Made by a program: the position numbers and the translations under genes
NCBI GenBank assembly: GCA_045594705.1
Contig: JAZNZB010000038.1
Location: 20,234 to 84,233, forward strand
Reading direction: 5' to 3'
DNA: 64,000 nt
Origin: Eubacteriales bacterium
GTDB taxonomy: Bacteria; Bacillota; Clostridia; Oscillospirales; CAG-272
Shown here: piece by piece, positions 45,741 through 55,456 of the stretch
Layout: every line of letters begins with the position of its first letter
Numbering within the stretch: the stretch's first letter is position 1
Notes under the pieces: model-generated
What the model saw: only the letters and a program-made list of their open reading frames with translations
Database searches by the model: none
Told to the model about the DNA's origin: nothing

Positions 45741-47552
45741 TCAAACATTTTCCATCCAAAATCCGTTTGCCGGCGGTAGGGGGGCGAGAAGAATTCCCGA
45801 AAGTCCTTGCAAATCAAGCGTGACCCATCCTTCACCGTCGGTCTGTAGACGATTGGGCTCGCTTTGCTCATTCGTAGCAAAGATCTGCTCATAATACGGA
45901 TATCTGCCGCCAAGCTGCGCGCGTACGCCCTGTGCCTCTTTCAAGCTGAAATTGATCAGCACGCAAACCTCCCTGCCCGCCCGGTCGAAGCGTCGGAAGG
46001 CGATCACACCCTCGGGTGCATTATCAAGCATCACTGCCAAGATCCCATCCTTGCCAAAATCACATTCCCACAGCGCAGGGATTTGCCCATACAGTCGGTT
46101 GAGTGCCCTTACATATTGGTACAATTCCTTATGAAAATCCAGTTCCCTTACAAACCATTCCATACTACCGCCCACCTGCCAGGCTGTCGACTGCCCGATC
46201 TCATTGCCCATAAAGATCAGCTTTTTTCCAGGCAGACAGGTCATATAGAAAAACAGCAGCCGCATAGATGCAAATTTTTGCACTCTGTCACCCGCCAAGG
46301 CTTCAAGCACAGACGTAGCGCGCTCTGCAATCAACTCGGATGACAGTGCAAGAATGCAGTCCTCAGCGAATACATATCCGGCAGGCTCGCGCCAGGCCTG
46401 TCTGCCAAGGCGAATATCCGTCGGCATGGCAAAGCAATCAAGCATGGCTCTCTCGACGCGCGGATCGATGACCAGATCGTAGCCCAGTCCTCCCCATGCG
46501 GCATCCGTGCTCAGCCCCCGGTGACCCGCACCGCGCAAAAGCAGCAATGCATCAGGCATCCCTTTATGCACGTGAGCCGCAAGTCCTCTGACAAAGTCTC
46601 CCGTTGATCGGTCGGGACTCATCCCTTCTGCATTGATATACAAGCCGTCCAGATGATATTCGCGCAGCCAGAACATAACCGCAGAATACAGCAGAGTGGT
46701 AGCGTAAGGGTCTGCATAAGCAAATCGAGCCCTGCCGTCCCGCATGGATGCATACGCGCCCGCGCCGTCAAAGTTGACAAGACCGCCCACGTGCGTGCCG
46801 GGGGCACGGCACTCCAGCTCCATGATCACACCGATCTGCTCCTTGTGCATGCGATCCACAAAGTATGCAAAATCATCCTGCGTGCCAAGCACACTGTCGG
46901 GAGCGAAATATGACACGATGCCCTCTTTGCCTGCATTCTGACGGCAAACACTGTGCAAAAGCAGGTGCGTATATCCCATATCGGCCAAATATTGCGCGAG
47001 CAGATCGGCTATGATGCGGTAATTGGCGTCCACACCCACGGCATCCCGATCCAACCAGCCAAGAAGCTCTGCTTCATAGATGTTCATGGGATATGCATAC
47101 TTTTCGTGTTCACTGTGATGCATGGCTCTTGCGGAAAGATAATCACGGTCGTGCCAGACGTAATGCTGCTCGGTGCTGATATAAGATGCGCCTTCCCCGC
47201 TGCACTCACTCGCACGGGCATACGGATCGGCCTTATAATGCCTGCCATCTCCCGTTTCTACAAGATACTTGTACCGCAAGCCCTCGGGGCAGATTCCCGC
47301 GCGCATGCAAAGCTCCCATACACCACTTTGTGGGATGCGCTGCATGGGCACGGGCTCCCAGCCATCCCACTCCCCAACCAGACTGACCCGATCCGCTCCG
47401 GGCGCAGCTACGCGAAATACGTAGCTCCAATCCGGCCTGTCAAGCAACCTGTGCACGCCAAAATAGCGATAGGCATGCGTTCCGTTTCCCTTTTGCAGAT
47501 AATAGTCGGCAAGAGAGGCCGCGCCGCTCGATGCCTGCGTTTCATAGATCAT
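45741..47552 (-). CDS. GlgB-like GH13 protein (CBM48 plus alpha-amylase barrel) with substituted catalytic motifs; probable pseudoenzyme
   Basis: 603-aa intact ORF. It is collinear with 1,4-alpha-glucan branching enzymes (YRYFGVHRL, FRVAAPGADRVSLVGEWDGW, PGKKLIFMGNEIGQSTAW). GH13 regions I-IV read ELECRA, LYINAE, LLLRGAG and ALSSELI in place of DWVPGH, LRVDAV, MAEEST and LSHDEV. Confidence 0.8.
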   Translation of the reverse strand: MIYETQASSGAASLADYYLQKGNGTHAYRYFGVHRLLDRPDWSYVFRVAAPGADRVSLVGEWDGWEPVPMQRIPQSGVWELCMRAGICPEGLRYKYLVETGDGRHYKADPYARASECSGEGASYISTEQHYVWHDRDYLSARAMHHSEHEKYAYPMNIYEAELLGWLDRDAVGVDANYRIIADLLAQYLADMGYTHLLLHSVCRQNAGKEGIVSYFAPDSVLGTQDDFAYFVDRMHKEQIGVIMELECRAPGTHVGGLVNFDGAGAYASMRDGRARFAYADPYATTLLYSAVMFWLREYHLDGLYINAEGMSPDRSTGDFVRGLAAHVHKGMPDALLLLRGAGHRGLSTDAAWGGLGYDLVIDPRVERAMLDCFAMPTDIRLGRQAWREPAGYVFAEDCILALSSELIAERATSVLEALAGDRVQKFASMRLLFFYMTCLPGKKLIFMGNEIGQSTAWQVGGSMEWFVRELDFHKELYQYVRALNRLYGQIPALWECDFGKDGILAVMLDNAPEGVIAFRRFDRAGREVCVLINFSLKEAQGVRAQLGGRYPYYEQIFATNEQSEPNRLQTDGEGWVTLDLQGLSGILLAPLPPANGFWMENV

Positions 47553-47606
47553 AAAAAACCTCCGTGCGGTAATACGGTAAGTATTGCCCGTGCACGGAGG
47601 TTTATT
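47553..47606 (-). terminator. Strong Rho-independent terminator after the YebC-family gene; contains the RBS of the GlgB-like gene
   Basis: Minus-strand RNA: AACCUCCGUGC...GCACGGAGGUU (11-bp stem, extendable through GGCAAUAC/GUAUUACC) followed by UUUUUU and then the AUG at 47552. Confidence 0.8.
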
Positions 47607-47619
47607 TCAATCTTTCTGA

Positions 47620-48354
47620 TTACTCGTCCTGGTTTTCCCAGTTGTGGAATACGGAGAGAACGTCGTCGTCCTCCTCCAGCTTTTCAAGCAGCAGGTTCAT
47701 GAACTTCTTATCGTCGTCGGTGGTCAGCTCAACGTAGGTGGAAGGAATCATGGTCTGCTCTGCGGAGAGCACGTTGTAGCCCTTAGCCTTGATGTCCTCT
47801 GCGACTGCGAAAACGTCGGCAGACTCGGTGTAAACCTCGAATACCTCGCCCTCGGCTGCAAAGTCCTCGGCACCTGCCTCCATAGCATCCTCCATCAGCT
47901 TATCCTCGTCAATGTCGCCATCCTCGTTGTCAATGACGATCAGGCCTTTTTCGGAGAACATGAAGCTGACGCTGCCCGAGGTACCAAGGTTACCGTGGTA
48001 CTTGGAGAAAGCGGCACGCACGTTGCCTGCGGTTCTGTTTCTGTTATCGGTAGCAGCTCTGACAATGACTGCCACGCCTGCGGGACCGTAGCCCTCGTAG
48101 GTAATCTCTTCAAAGTTGTCGCCGCCTGCGCCAAGTGCCTTTTCGATACTTCTCTTGATGTTATCGTTGGGCACGTTGTTTGCCTTTGCCTTGGCGATCA
48201 GATCTCTGAGCTTGGAGTTGTTGTTGGGGTCGCCGCCGCCAGCCTTGACGGCTACAGCGATTTCCTTACCGATCTGGGTAAAAATCTTACCCTTAGCGGC
48301 GTCGGTCTTTTCCTTCTTGTGCTTGATGTTGGCCCATTTGCTATGTCCGGACAT
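47620..48354 (-). CDS. yebC: YebC/PmpR-family DNA-binding transcriptional regulator
   Basis: 244 aa. MSGHSKWANIKHKKEKTDAAKGKIFTQIGKEI... is the invariant family N-terminus. Confidence 0.95.
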   Translation of the reverse strand: MSGHSKWANIKHKKEKTDAAKGKIFTQIGKEIAVAVKAGGGDPNNNSKLRDLIAKAKANNVPNDNIKRSIEKALGAGGDNFEEITYEGYGPAGVAVIVRAATDNRNRTAGNVRAAFSKYHGNLGTSGSVSFMFSEKGLIVIDNEDGDIDEDKLMEDAMEAGAEDFAAEGEVFEVYTESADVFAVAEDIKAKGYNVLSAEQTMIPSTYVELTTDDDKKFMNLLLEKLEEDDDVLSVFHNWENQDE

Positions 48355-48390
48355 GATATATTACCTCACTACAATTAAATTTTTCAAAAA

Positions 48391-50115
48391 TCAGATCTTC
48401 TCGGTCTTTTTCAGACAGATCATCTCAAACGCGCTGCCAAGCACGTGCTTGGTGGCAAGCGTGAGCGCGATTCTTGTCTGCTTGACGCGCTCGTCGGTCT
48501 CCGACAGGATGCGGCAGTTATGATAGAAGCGGTTGAACGCAACGGCAACGTCCAGAATGAATCTGGTGATAACCGAGGGCTCATAATCGCGCAGTGCCAG
48601 CAGCACCTTTTCTTCATAGGCGGCAAGCACCTTTAAGAGTGCCTGCTCCTCGGGGGCGGTGATGACAAAGTCCGCACCGCTCGGCTGCCCTGCCTTTTCA
48701 AGCACCGAGCAAGCACGTGCGTACGTGTACTGCACGTAAGGACCTGTATTACCGTCAAAGGACAACGCGTCGTCCATGTTGAAGTCGATATCCTTGATGC
48801 GGTTATTGGTCAGATAGTAAAACACGATCGCACCAACGCCCACAGCCTCTGCGACGTCAGTTCTGCCCTTCATCTCGGGATTCTTTTCCTCCATGATCTC
48901 AGTGACCTTTTCAATGGCCGCACCGAACAAGTCACGCAACAGCACCACGTTGCCGGTTCTGGTTGCCAGCTTTGCACCGCCGATGCTGACCGTACCGTAG
49001 GGCACGTGCACCAGCTGATCGTGCCAGTCGTAGCCCATCAGCTCCACGACCTTGAACCACTGCTTGAAGTGCAGAATCTGCTGAGTGCTGGTCACGTAGA
49101 TACACTTATCAAAATGATAGTTTTCCTTACGGTAGACAGCAGCTGCGATGTCACGCGTGGGATACAGCGTGCTGCCGTCTCTCTTGAGGATCAGGCAAGG
49201 AGGCATGCCGTATTCGTCCAGATCGACGATGGATGCGCCGTCGTCCAGCTTGAGTAGACCCGCATCTCGCAGCTTTTGCACCTGCGCGGGCATCTTGTCG
49301 GTATAAAAGGACTCGCCAAGATAGCTGTCAAAGGTAATACCCAGCTGTGCGTAGGTCTTTTCGTATTCCTCAAGTGAGATCTGAATGAACCACTTCCACA
49401 GTGCGAGATTTTGCTCGTCGCCCGTCTCCATCTTATGGAACTCGGCACGCGCTGCGTCTGCAAGCGCGGTCTTGCCCTGCTCCTTTTCCTCGGTGATGGC
49501 GTTATTGATCTTGACGTAAAGCTCAACCAGCGTATCAATACCGCCCTGCTCGACCATTTCCTTGCTGCCCCAGGTATTATACGCTAAGATCAGCTTACCG
49601 AACTGGGTGCCCCAGTCGCCAAGGTAGTTGATACCGAAGCAATCATAGCCTGCAAACTCGTGAATCTTCTTGAGTGAATGGCCAATAACCGTGGTACCCA
49701 GGTGTCCGATATGGAAGGGCTTTGCCACGTTGGGAGAGGAATAATCCAGTACGACCTTTTTGCCCTTACCGATTTCAGGGGCGCCGTACCTTTCCTTTTT
49801 CTCAAGCACGGCACAAAGCACGTGGCTTGTCAGGTATGCAGGGCTCAGACGGATATTGAGATAGCCGTTGACTGCCTCTGCGCTCACGATGCAATCGCAG
49901 TCCAGATGCTCTGCCAGCGTCTGCGCGATCATAACGGGTGCGCGACGCAGCGTTTTGGAGAGCTTGAAGCAAGGCAGCGCAAGGTCGCCCATGCCCGCAT
50001 CGGGGGGATATTCCAGCATGCCTGCCAGCTCGTCCACCGTCAGCTCTGCTGCGGGATTGATGGCAAGAATGCCCTTTTGAATGTTACTTGCAATATTCTG
50101 TTTGATTTTCAGCAT
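48391..50115 (-). CDS. argS: Arginine--tRNA ligase
   Basis: 574 aa. DYSSPNVAKPFHIGHLGTTVIGHSL (HIGH motif region) and an ArgRS-type N-terminal and anticodon-binding domain layout. Confidence 0.95.
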   Translation of the reverse strand: MLKIKQNIASNIQKGILAINPAAELTVDELAGMLEYPPDAGMGDLALPCFKLSKTLRRAPVMIAQTLAEHLDCDCIVSAEAVNGYLNIRLSPAYLTSHVLCAVLEKKERYGAPEIGKGKKVVLDYSSPNVAKPFHIGHLGTTVIGHSLKKIHEFAGYDCFGINYLGDWGTQFGKLILAYNTWGSKEMVEQGGIDTLVELYVKINNAITEEKEQGKTALADAARAEFHKMETGDEQNLALWKWFIQISLEEYEKTYAQLGITFDSYLGESFYTDKMPAQVQKLRDAGLLKLDDGASIVDLDEYGMPPCLILKRDGSTLYPTRDIAAAVYRKENYHFDKCIYVTSTQQILHFKQWFKVVELMGYDWHDQLVHVPYGTVSIGGAKLATRTGNVVLLRDLFGAAIEKVTEIMEEKNPEMKGRTDVAEAVGVGAIVFYYLTNNRIKDIDFNMDDALSFDGNTGPYVQYTYARACSVLEKAGQPSGADFVITAPEEQALLKVLAAYEEKVLLALRDYEPSVITRFILDVAVAFNRFYHNCRILSETDERVKQTRIALTLATKHVLGSAFEMICLKKTEKI

Positions 50116-50169
50116 AATATATTCCTTATATGATGATTTTCATAATGATGACGATTTTCACAATTCTGT

Positions 50170-50198
50170 ATTATAACACATATTTGACGTGAATGCAA
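50170..50198 (-). promoter_or_regulatory. sigma-A type promoter of argS (TTGCAT-N17-TATAAT, TG-extended)
   Basis: Minus strand: TTGCAT tcacgtcaaatatgtgt TATAAT. Leader is only about 55 nt. Confidence 0.6.
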
Positions 50199-50212
50199 CA
50201 GCATTTTGCGAA

Positions 50213-51889
50213 TTATTCGCGATCCTTTGCACAAAGCATGTCTCTTGCCGCCTGCATTTGCGCATCCGTGATATGGATGCCGCCCAGAATTCGTGCGATC
50301 TCGCAAACGCGATCCTCGCCCTCAAGCGTATTCACCGAGGTAAAGGCTCTTCCCTCCCTTTCCTGCTTGGAAATGTGCAGATGCTGCTTACCAAGAGAAG
50401 CGACCTGTGCCGAATGGGTGATGCAGATGATCTGTTGCCCCTTTGCCATATCGGCAAGCCTGATGCCGATCTTGCGAGAGGTCTTGCCGGAAATACCCGT
50501 ATCCACCTCGTCGAAAACCGTGGTCGGCACACCGTCCTTTTGATTCATAACGCATTTGATAGCCAACATGATGCGCGAAAGCTCACCGCCGGACGCAATG
50601 CGGATCATGGAAGAAAGCGGCTCTCCCGGGTTGGTGGCGATCATGAATTCCACGCGGTCAATGCCGCCCGGACCCAGTTCCTTTTCTCTTGTTACGGCAA
50701 TGCGGAAGCGCACGCCTGCCATATCGAGATAAGCAAGCTGTCCTGCGATTTGCTCTGCCGCCTCAATTGCCGCCTTTGCGCGGACCGTGGACATTTGCTC
50801 TGCCAGCGTCATCGCACGCTTATGTATTTCTGCGATCTCGGCGTCGTATTGCTCCGCAAGCACGTCCGAGTGCTCGATCTCATCCAGTCGCGCTTTGGCA
50901 TTTACCAAAAATTCCAATACAGCTTCAACAGAGCCACCGTACTTGCGCTTGAGCTTGGAGATCGCCTCGAGTCTGTCCTCGATCCTATCAAGCATTGCCA
51001 CGGGATCGTCGTCGATATCCTCTGCGTACGCTTCAATACGTTCGGACAGATCGCGCACACGGTAGGAAAGGTCGATCAGCTCCTCGCCAACCTCGGCAGC
51101 ATCCGGCACGTAAGCGGCCAGCGCATTCATGGAAGCAGCGCATCGCTCCAACATATATGAAACCGCACCGTTTGATCCCGCGCCCGTGAGCACCTTGGTG
51201 GAAAATTTGACCTGCTTTTGCACCTTTTCGGTATTTTGCAGCTTATTTCTCTTTTCGATCAGCAGCTCCTCTTCACCCGCCTTGAGCTTTAAGGCAGAGA
51301 TATCGGCTATCTGATAGCTCAACATTTCTATGGTGCGCAATCTCTCACCCGCATCACGCGTCAGTGCATCACGCTTTTCACAAAGGCTGCGCCACTGCTC
51401 ATAAAGCAATCCGTACTCAGCCTTCTGTGCATCAATGCCTGCGTAAGCGTCCAGCATATCCATATGGTAGCGCAGATCCGCAAGCAAGCGGTTATCGTCC
51501 TGCCCGTGAATCGAGATCAGATATATGCTCGCTTCTCGCAGCATACCCAGCGTCGCCACCTTGCCGTTGATGCGCGCGCCGCTCTTTCCGTCCGCGCCAA
51601 GCGTTCTTTGCAAAACGACCTCGCCGTCATCGCAAGCAATGCCCAGACCGGCAAGGCCTTGGATCGCTCCCTTAGTCAGATCAGAAAAATGGGCGGTAAC
51701 GCATGCGCTGCTCTCACCCGAACGCACAAGCTCACGGTCACCCTTGGCACCGCAAACCAGCATAATACTATCCACGATCACGCTCTTGCCCGCGCCCGTC
51801 TGACCCGTCATGACACAAAAGCCGGACGAAAAATCGATCTCTGCTTGCGAGATGACCGCGATATTTTCTATATGCAGTCCCTTTAGCAT
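50213..51889 (-). CDS. recN: DNA repair protein RecN
   Basis: 558 aa. MLKGLHIENIAVISQAEIDFSSGFCVMTGQTGAGKSV (Walker A), coiled-coil middle, C-terminal ASGGELSRIMLAIK and VFDEVDTGISG. Confidence 0.96.
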   Translation of the reverse strand: MLKGLHIENIAVISQAEIDFSSGFCVMTGQTGAGKSVIVDSIMLVCGAKGDRELVRSGESSACVTAHFSDLTKGAIQGLAGLGIACDDGEVVLQRTLGADGKSGARINGKVATLGMLREASIYLISIHGQDDNRLLADLRYHMDMLDAYAGIDAQKAEYGLLYEQWRSLCEKRDALTRDAGERLRTIEMLSYQIADISALKLKAGEEELLIEKRNKLQNTEKVQKQVKFSTKVLTGAGSNGAVSYMLERCAASMNALAAYVPDAAEVGEELIDLSYRVRDLSERIEAYAEDIDDDPVAMLDRIEDRLEAISKLKRKYGGSVEAVLEFLVNAKARLDEIEHSDVLAEQYDAEIAEIHKRAMTLAEQMSTVRAKAAIEAAEQIAGQLAYLDMAGVRFRIAVTREKELGPGGIDRVEFMIATNPGEPLSSMIRIASGGELSRIMLAIKCVMNQKDGVPTTVFDEVDTGISGKTSRKIGIRLADMAKGQQIICITHSAQVASLGKQHLHISKQEREGRAFTSVNTLEGEDRVCEIARILGGIHITDAQMQAARDMLCAKDRE

Positions 51890-52347
51890 TACTGGCCTCT
51901 GATAATTTCCTTGATTTTGGTGTTCAGATCAGCCGCAGCCTCAGCGGAGCGCGAAATGACGATGATGGTATCATCCCCTGCCACGCAGCCGAGAATGACC
52001 GGCAGCCTCAGATTATCAATACCTACGGCAACCGCCTGCGCCATGCCCGGGAAGGTTTTGATCAAGACCGTGTGCTGCGCATAGTCCACCGAGGTAATGG
52101 ATTCTGCAAGCGCATGATTGAACTTGAAATTGCCAAGAGGCTCGCTCGTCTTGGGCAGCTCGTAACGGTAAGAGCCCTTTTCGCCCATCACCTTGGTCAG
52201 CTTGAGCTCACGGATGTCACGGGACACGGTTGCCTGCGTAACGTCATAGCCCATTTTGCGCAGATACTCGATCAGCTCGTCCTGCGTCTCGACGTCGTAT
52301 TTTTCCACGATCTCTATGATCTTCTCATGTCTGTTCTTTTTCATCAA
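51889..52347 (-). CDS. argR: Arginine repressor
   Basis: 152 aa. RHEKIIEIVEKYDVETQDELIEYLRKMGYDVTQATVSRDIRELKL (winged helix) and the C-terminal GCVAGDDTIIV. Confidence 0.95.
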   Translation of the reverse strand: MMKKNRHEKIIEIVEKYDVETQDELIEYLRKMGYDVTQATVSRDIRELKLTKVMGEKGSYRYELPKTSEPLGNFKFNHALAESITSVDYAQHTVLIKTFPGMAQAVAVGIDNLRLPVILGCVAGDDTIIVISRSAEAAADLNTKIKEIIRGQ

Positions 52348-52365
52348 ATGTCACTCCGTTTTCGT

Positions 52366-53244
52366 TTATTCGTTCTCGGTCATCTTCTGGCGCAGCTTTT
52401 TATAAAAGCCACAGCTTTTGATGCGCACCAGATTGGTCTGCAGTGGGGATTTGCTGATGCGGACAACGTCGCCCTTATACATTTCATAATTGGTTCTGCC
52501 ATCCACGGTCAGATACAGCATCTTTTCACGCTGGCAGATATTTTTGATCTCAAGCACTGCACTATCCGGGAAGATCATGGGTCTTGCTGCCAGAGAGTGC
52601 GGGCAGATGGGCGTGACACAGAAGCAGGACACACGGGGATCCACAATCGATCCGCCGGCCGACATGGAATAAGCGGTAGATCCCGTAGGCGTTGCCACGA
52701 TCAGGCCGTCTGCACGGTAAGAGGTCACGGGTACACCGCCCTCAGAAAGCTCAAGGTCGACAATGCGTGCGATCGATCCGTTGGAGATCGAGGCATCGTT
52801 GAGTGCGTAGCACAAGGAACGCAGATTTCCCTTGGAGCCGATCAGTTCCACGTTAAGCATCGAACGCTTTTCCAAGGTGTATCCATCCGGCTCGAACAGC
52901 CTGTCAAGATCTGCCACATCGCGCATCTCCAACTCAGCCATAAAGCCAAGTCTTCCCAGATTGATTCCCAGAATGGGCGTGCCGCGCGTGGCCGACCGTC
53001 TTGCCGCCTCTAAAATCGAGCCGTCTCCGCCAAGCACCACGATCATTTCTGCAGTTGCGTACACCTCGTCGATAGGCAGAAGCAAAAACTCAGCCTTTCC
53101 CTGTGCCATTTTGAGAAAACGCTCCCGATTATATACGGCAGCCACCACCTCACAGCCATGCGAGATCAGCCGCTGCGCCACAGTAATGGCGGCATGCGCT
53201 TTTTCGGTGATATTATAATTCGTAATGATCGCAACTCTCTTCAT
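52366..53244 (-). CDS. nadK: NAD(+) kinase
   Basis: 292 aa. VVLGGDGSILEAARR (GGDG motif), NLGRLGFMAE and GLIVATPTGSTAYSMSAGG. Confidence 0.94.
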   Translation of the reverse strand: MKRVAIITNYNITEKAHAAITVAQRLISHGCEVVAAVYNRERFLKMAQGKAEFLLLPIDEVYATAEMIVVLGGDGSILEAARRSATRGTPILGINLGRLGFMAELEMRDVADLDRLFEPDGYTLEKRSMLNVELIGSKGNLRSLCYALNDASISNGSIARIVDLELSEGGVPVTSYRADGLIVATPTGSTAYSMSAGGSIVDPRVSCFCVTPICPHSLAARPMIFPDSAVLEIKNICQREKMLYLTVDGRTNYEMYKGDVVRISKSPLQTNLVRIKSCGFYKKLRQKMTENE

Positions 53245-53253
53245 GCCGATCTC

Positions 53254-54045
53254 CTACTTTCTCTTGTCCAAAAACAGCCGTTGCACCGTCGATGTGCGTG
53301 CGATACCGTTTTGTCCGTTTTTTACATAATATGCAAGGTATTCGATATTGCCGTCTCCGCCCTCAATGGGAGACTCGGTGAGTCCGTAAAGACACAGAGC
53401 CTGCTGCTCTGCTGCTTCCAATACACGCTCAACCGCTGCGCGACGGTCCTTGGCATTCCTGACGATGCCGCCCTTGCTAAGTGCTGCTCTGCCCGCTTCA
53501 AATTGCGGCTTGATCAGTCCGACGTATATACCGCCATCCTTCAAAAGGTTGGATACAACAGGAAGGATCAGCGTCTGCGAAATAAACGAAACGTCCATGA
53601 CCACAATATCCACGCAGCCTCCGATATCGTCCGGCTGCAGGTGTCTTGCATTGACGCCCTCCATATTGGTCACGCGCTCGTCAAGCATCAGGTCGGGATC
53701 CAGCTGATCCCTGCCCGAATCAATGGCGTACACGTGCGCTGCACCCGCTTGCAGCAAGCAATCGGTAAAGCCGCCCGTGGATGCACCGATATCGGCCGCA
53801 CGCAGGCCTTCGACGTTGATGCCAAAGGTACGCAACGCCCCCTCCAGCTTTTGTCCGCCGCGGCTGACGTATCGCTCGCGTTCCAATATCTCAACGGTAT
53901 GCTCTGCATTCTCGTCGATCTCCTGCGAGGGCTTTTTCATCACCTGCCCGTCAATAACGGCATGCTCTTGCTCTATATATTTTCTTGCAGCGGTACGGCT
54001 TTTGACGTAACCGTACTCAACAAGGTACAGATCCGCTCTCATCAT
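53254..54045 (-). CDS. tlyA: TlyA-family rRNA (cytidine-2'-O)-methyltransferase
   Basis: Start set at ATG 54045 (ATGA overlap with the upstream stop). MMRADLYLVEYGYVKSRTAARKYIEQ (S4 domain), YVSRGGQKLEGAL and DIGASTGGFTDCLLQAGA (SAM site). Confidence 0.9.
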   Translation of the reverse strand: MMRADLYLVEYGYVKSRTAARKYIEQEHAVIDGQVMKKPSQEIDENAEHTVEILERERYVSRGGQKLEGALRTFGINVEGLRAADIGASTGGFTDCLLQAGAAHVYAIDSGRDQLDPDLMLDERVTNMEGVNARHLQPDDIGGCVDIVVMDVSFISQTLILPVVSNLLKDGGIYVGLIKPQFEAGRAALSKGGIVRNAKDRRAAVERVLEAAEQQALCLYGLTESPIEGGDGNIEYLAYYVKNGQNGIARTSTVQRLFLDKRK

Positions 54046-54542
54046 CCCACGCCCTGCAGTTGCAAAATGCTTTCGCGGAAGAACGGGATAAACTGCAAAA
54101 GCAGCGGTACGACAATACCAACGCCGCAGCCTGCCCACACCTGCAAGGGCGTATGGCCGACCAGCTCCTTGAGTCTCTTTTCTCTGTTCTCTTCATTCTC
54201 GGCGTTGATCACGTCAATCACCAGCTTGTTGATAATGGCTGCCTGCTTGCTGACCTCACGACGCACGCCCATAGCGTCACGCATGACGATCATGGCCAGC
54301 ACGCCCGCAATAGCAAACTCAAAGGAGGCGGGCGAAAACACGACCGCAGTTGCCACGGCCATAGACATCACGGCTGCGGTGTGCGAGCTGGGCATACCGC
54401 CCGTGCCAAAAAGGATATTGGGAATATCCAGCTTCTTTTGCTTAAAGCCTCGGGTAAATATTTTCAATATCTGAGCCGTAAACCATCCGGTCAGTGCGGA
54501 CATGACTATGTAGTTGGTAAAAAAATCTCTAACTGCTTGCAT
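54042..54542 (-). CDS. Divergent PAP2-family membrane protein (DUF212)
   Basis: Start set at ATG 54542 (GAGGA RBS). GTGGMPSSHTAAVMSMAVA and MRDAMGVRRE are typical of the family. Confidence 0.85.
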   Translation of the reverse strand: MQAVRDFFTNYIVMSALTGWFTAQILKIFTRGFKQKKLDIPNILFGTGGMPSSHTAAVMSMAVATAVVFSPASFEFAIAGVLAMIVMRDAMGVRREVSKQAAIINKLVIDVINAENEENREKRLKELVGHTPLQVWAGCGVGIVVPLLLQFIPFFRESILQLQGVG

Positions 54543-54562
54543 GTTGTCATTCCTCTGTTTTA

Positions 54563-55444
54563 TCAATAGTTTCTTTTTGCAAGAAATTCTGCCAAAGTCA
54601 CCAAGCTTTGACTGTTTTCCAAGGTCCCGATCGCCGAAACGGCATCCTCCGTCAGCTGCTTGGCATATGCGCGCGCGCCATCCACGTCGTAAAAGCGCAT
54701 AAACGTGGTCTTGCCGTCCTTTTGGTCACTGCCCACGCTCTTGCCGAGTGCCTCTGCGCTCTGCGTGCAATCCAGGATATCGTCAATGACCTGAAAAGCA
54801 AGCCCGATGCTGCGTGCATACGTCACGAGTGCTTCAGTCCTTGCGTCGTCCGAAGCAAGCTCGGCTGCATGACAGCCGAGTCTGACGGCAGCCTCGATCA
54901 GAGCACCCGTTTTGCCGCGATGCAGCTCGAGCAGCTCCTCTTCTGTCAAAACGTTTTTCTCACCGAACATATCAATGACCTGCCCCTTGACCATACCAAA
55001 GCTGCCCGCACCGCACGAGAGCGCAAGTGCTGCATCCGCGCGGCTTTGTGCCGATGCGTACGGGCAGGACAGGATCACGCCAAAGGCGTCGGTCAGAAGT
55101 CCGTCGCCCGCCAGGGTGGCAATATCCTCGCCAAACACCTTGTGATTGGTGGGTCTGCCTCGACGCAGATCGTCATCGTCCATACAAGGCAGATCATCGT
55201 GGATGAGCGAATAAGTATGCACCATTTCCACGGCGGCTGCATAATCCAGCGCAACTCTTTGGTCACCGCCAAGCATGCGGCAGGTCTCAAGCACCAGTAC
55301 GGGGCGAATACGCTTGCCCCCTGCAAGCAGGCTGTATTTCTGGGCGTCGTACAGCACCTTGGTCGTACGGCTACCCTCGGGATATATCTGTGCAAGACGC
55401 TCACCGACAAGGGCTGCGTCTTGCTCTATGAATGCAGGAATCAT
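54563..55444 (-). CDS. ispA: Polyprenyl (farnesyl/geranylgeranyl) diphosphate synthase
   Basis: 293 aa. First DDxxD in LIHDDLPCMDDDDLRRGRPTNH, second in FQVIDDILD. Confidence 0.93.
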   Translation of the reverse strand: MIPAFIEQDAALVGERLAQIYPEGSRTTKVLYDAQKYSLLAGGKRIRPVLVLETCRMLGGDQRVALDYAAAVEMVHTYSLIHDDLPCMDDDDLRRGRPTNHKVFGEDIATLAGDGLLTDAFGVILSCPYASAQSRADAALALSCGAGSFGMVKGQVIDMFGEKNVLTEEELLELHRGKTGALIEAAVRLGCHAAELASDDARTEALVTYARSIGLAFQVIDDILDCTQSAEALGKSVGSDQKDGKTTFMRFYDVDGARAYAKQLTEDAVSAIGTLENSQSLVTLAEFLAKRNY

Positions 55445-55456
55445 ATCGAATCTCCT

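Noticed and set aside
50116-50212. T-box or other riboswitch leader upstream of argS (and likewise upstream of asnS at 26371-26391)
   Set aside because: The argS leader is only about 55 nt after a clear promoter and lacks room for specifier and antiterminator helices. asnS has only a 21-nt gap to the upstream gene.
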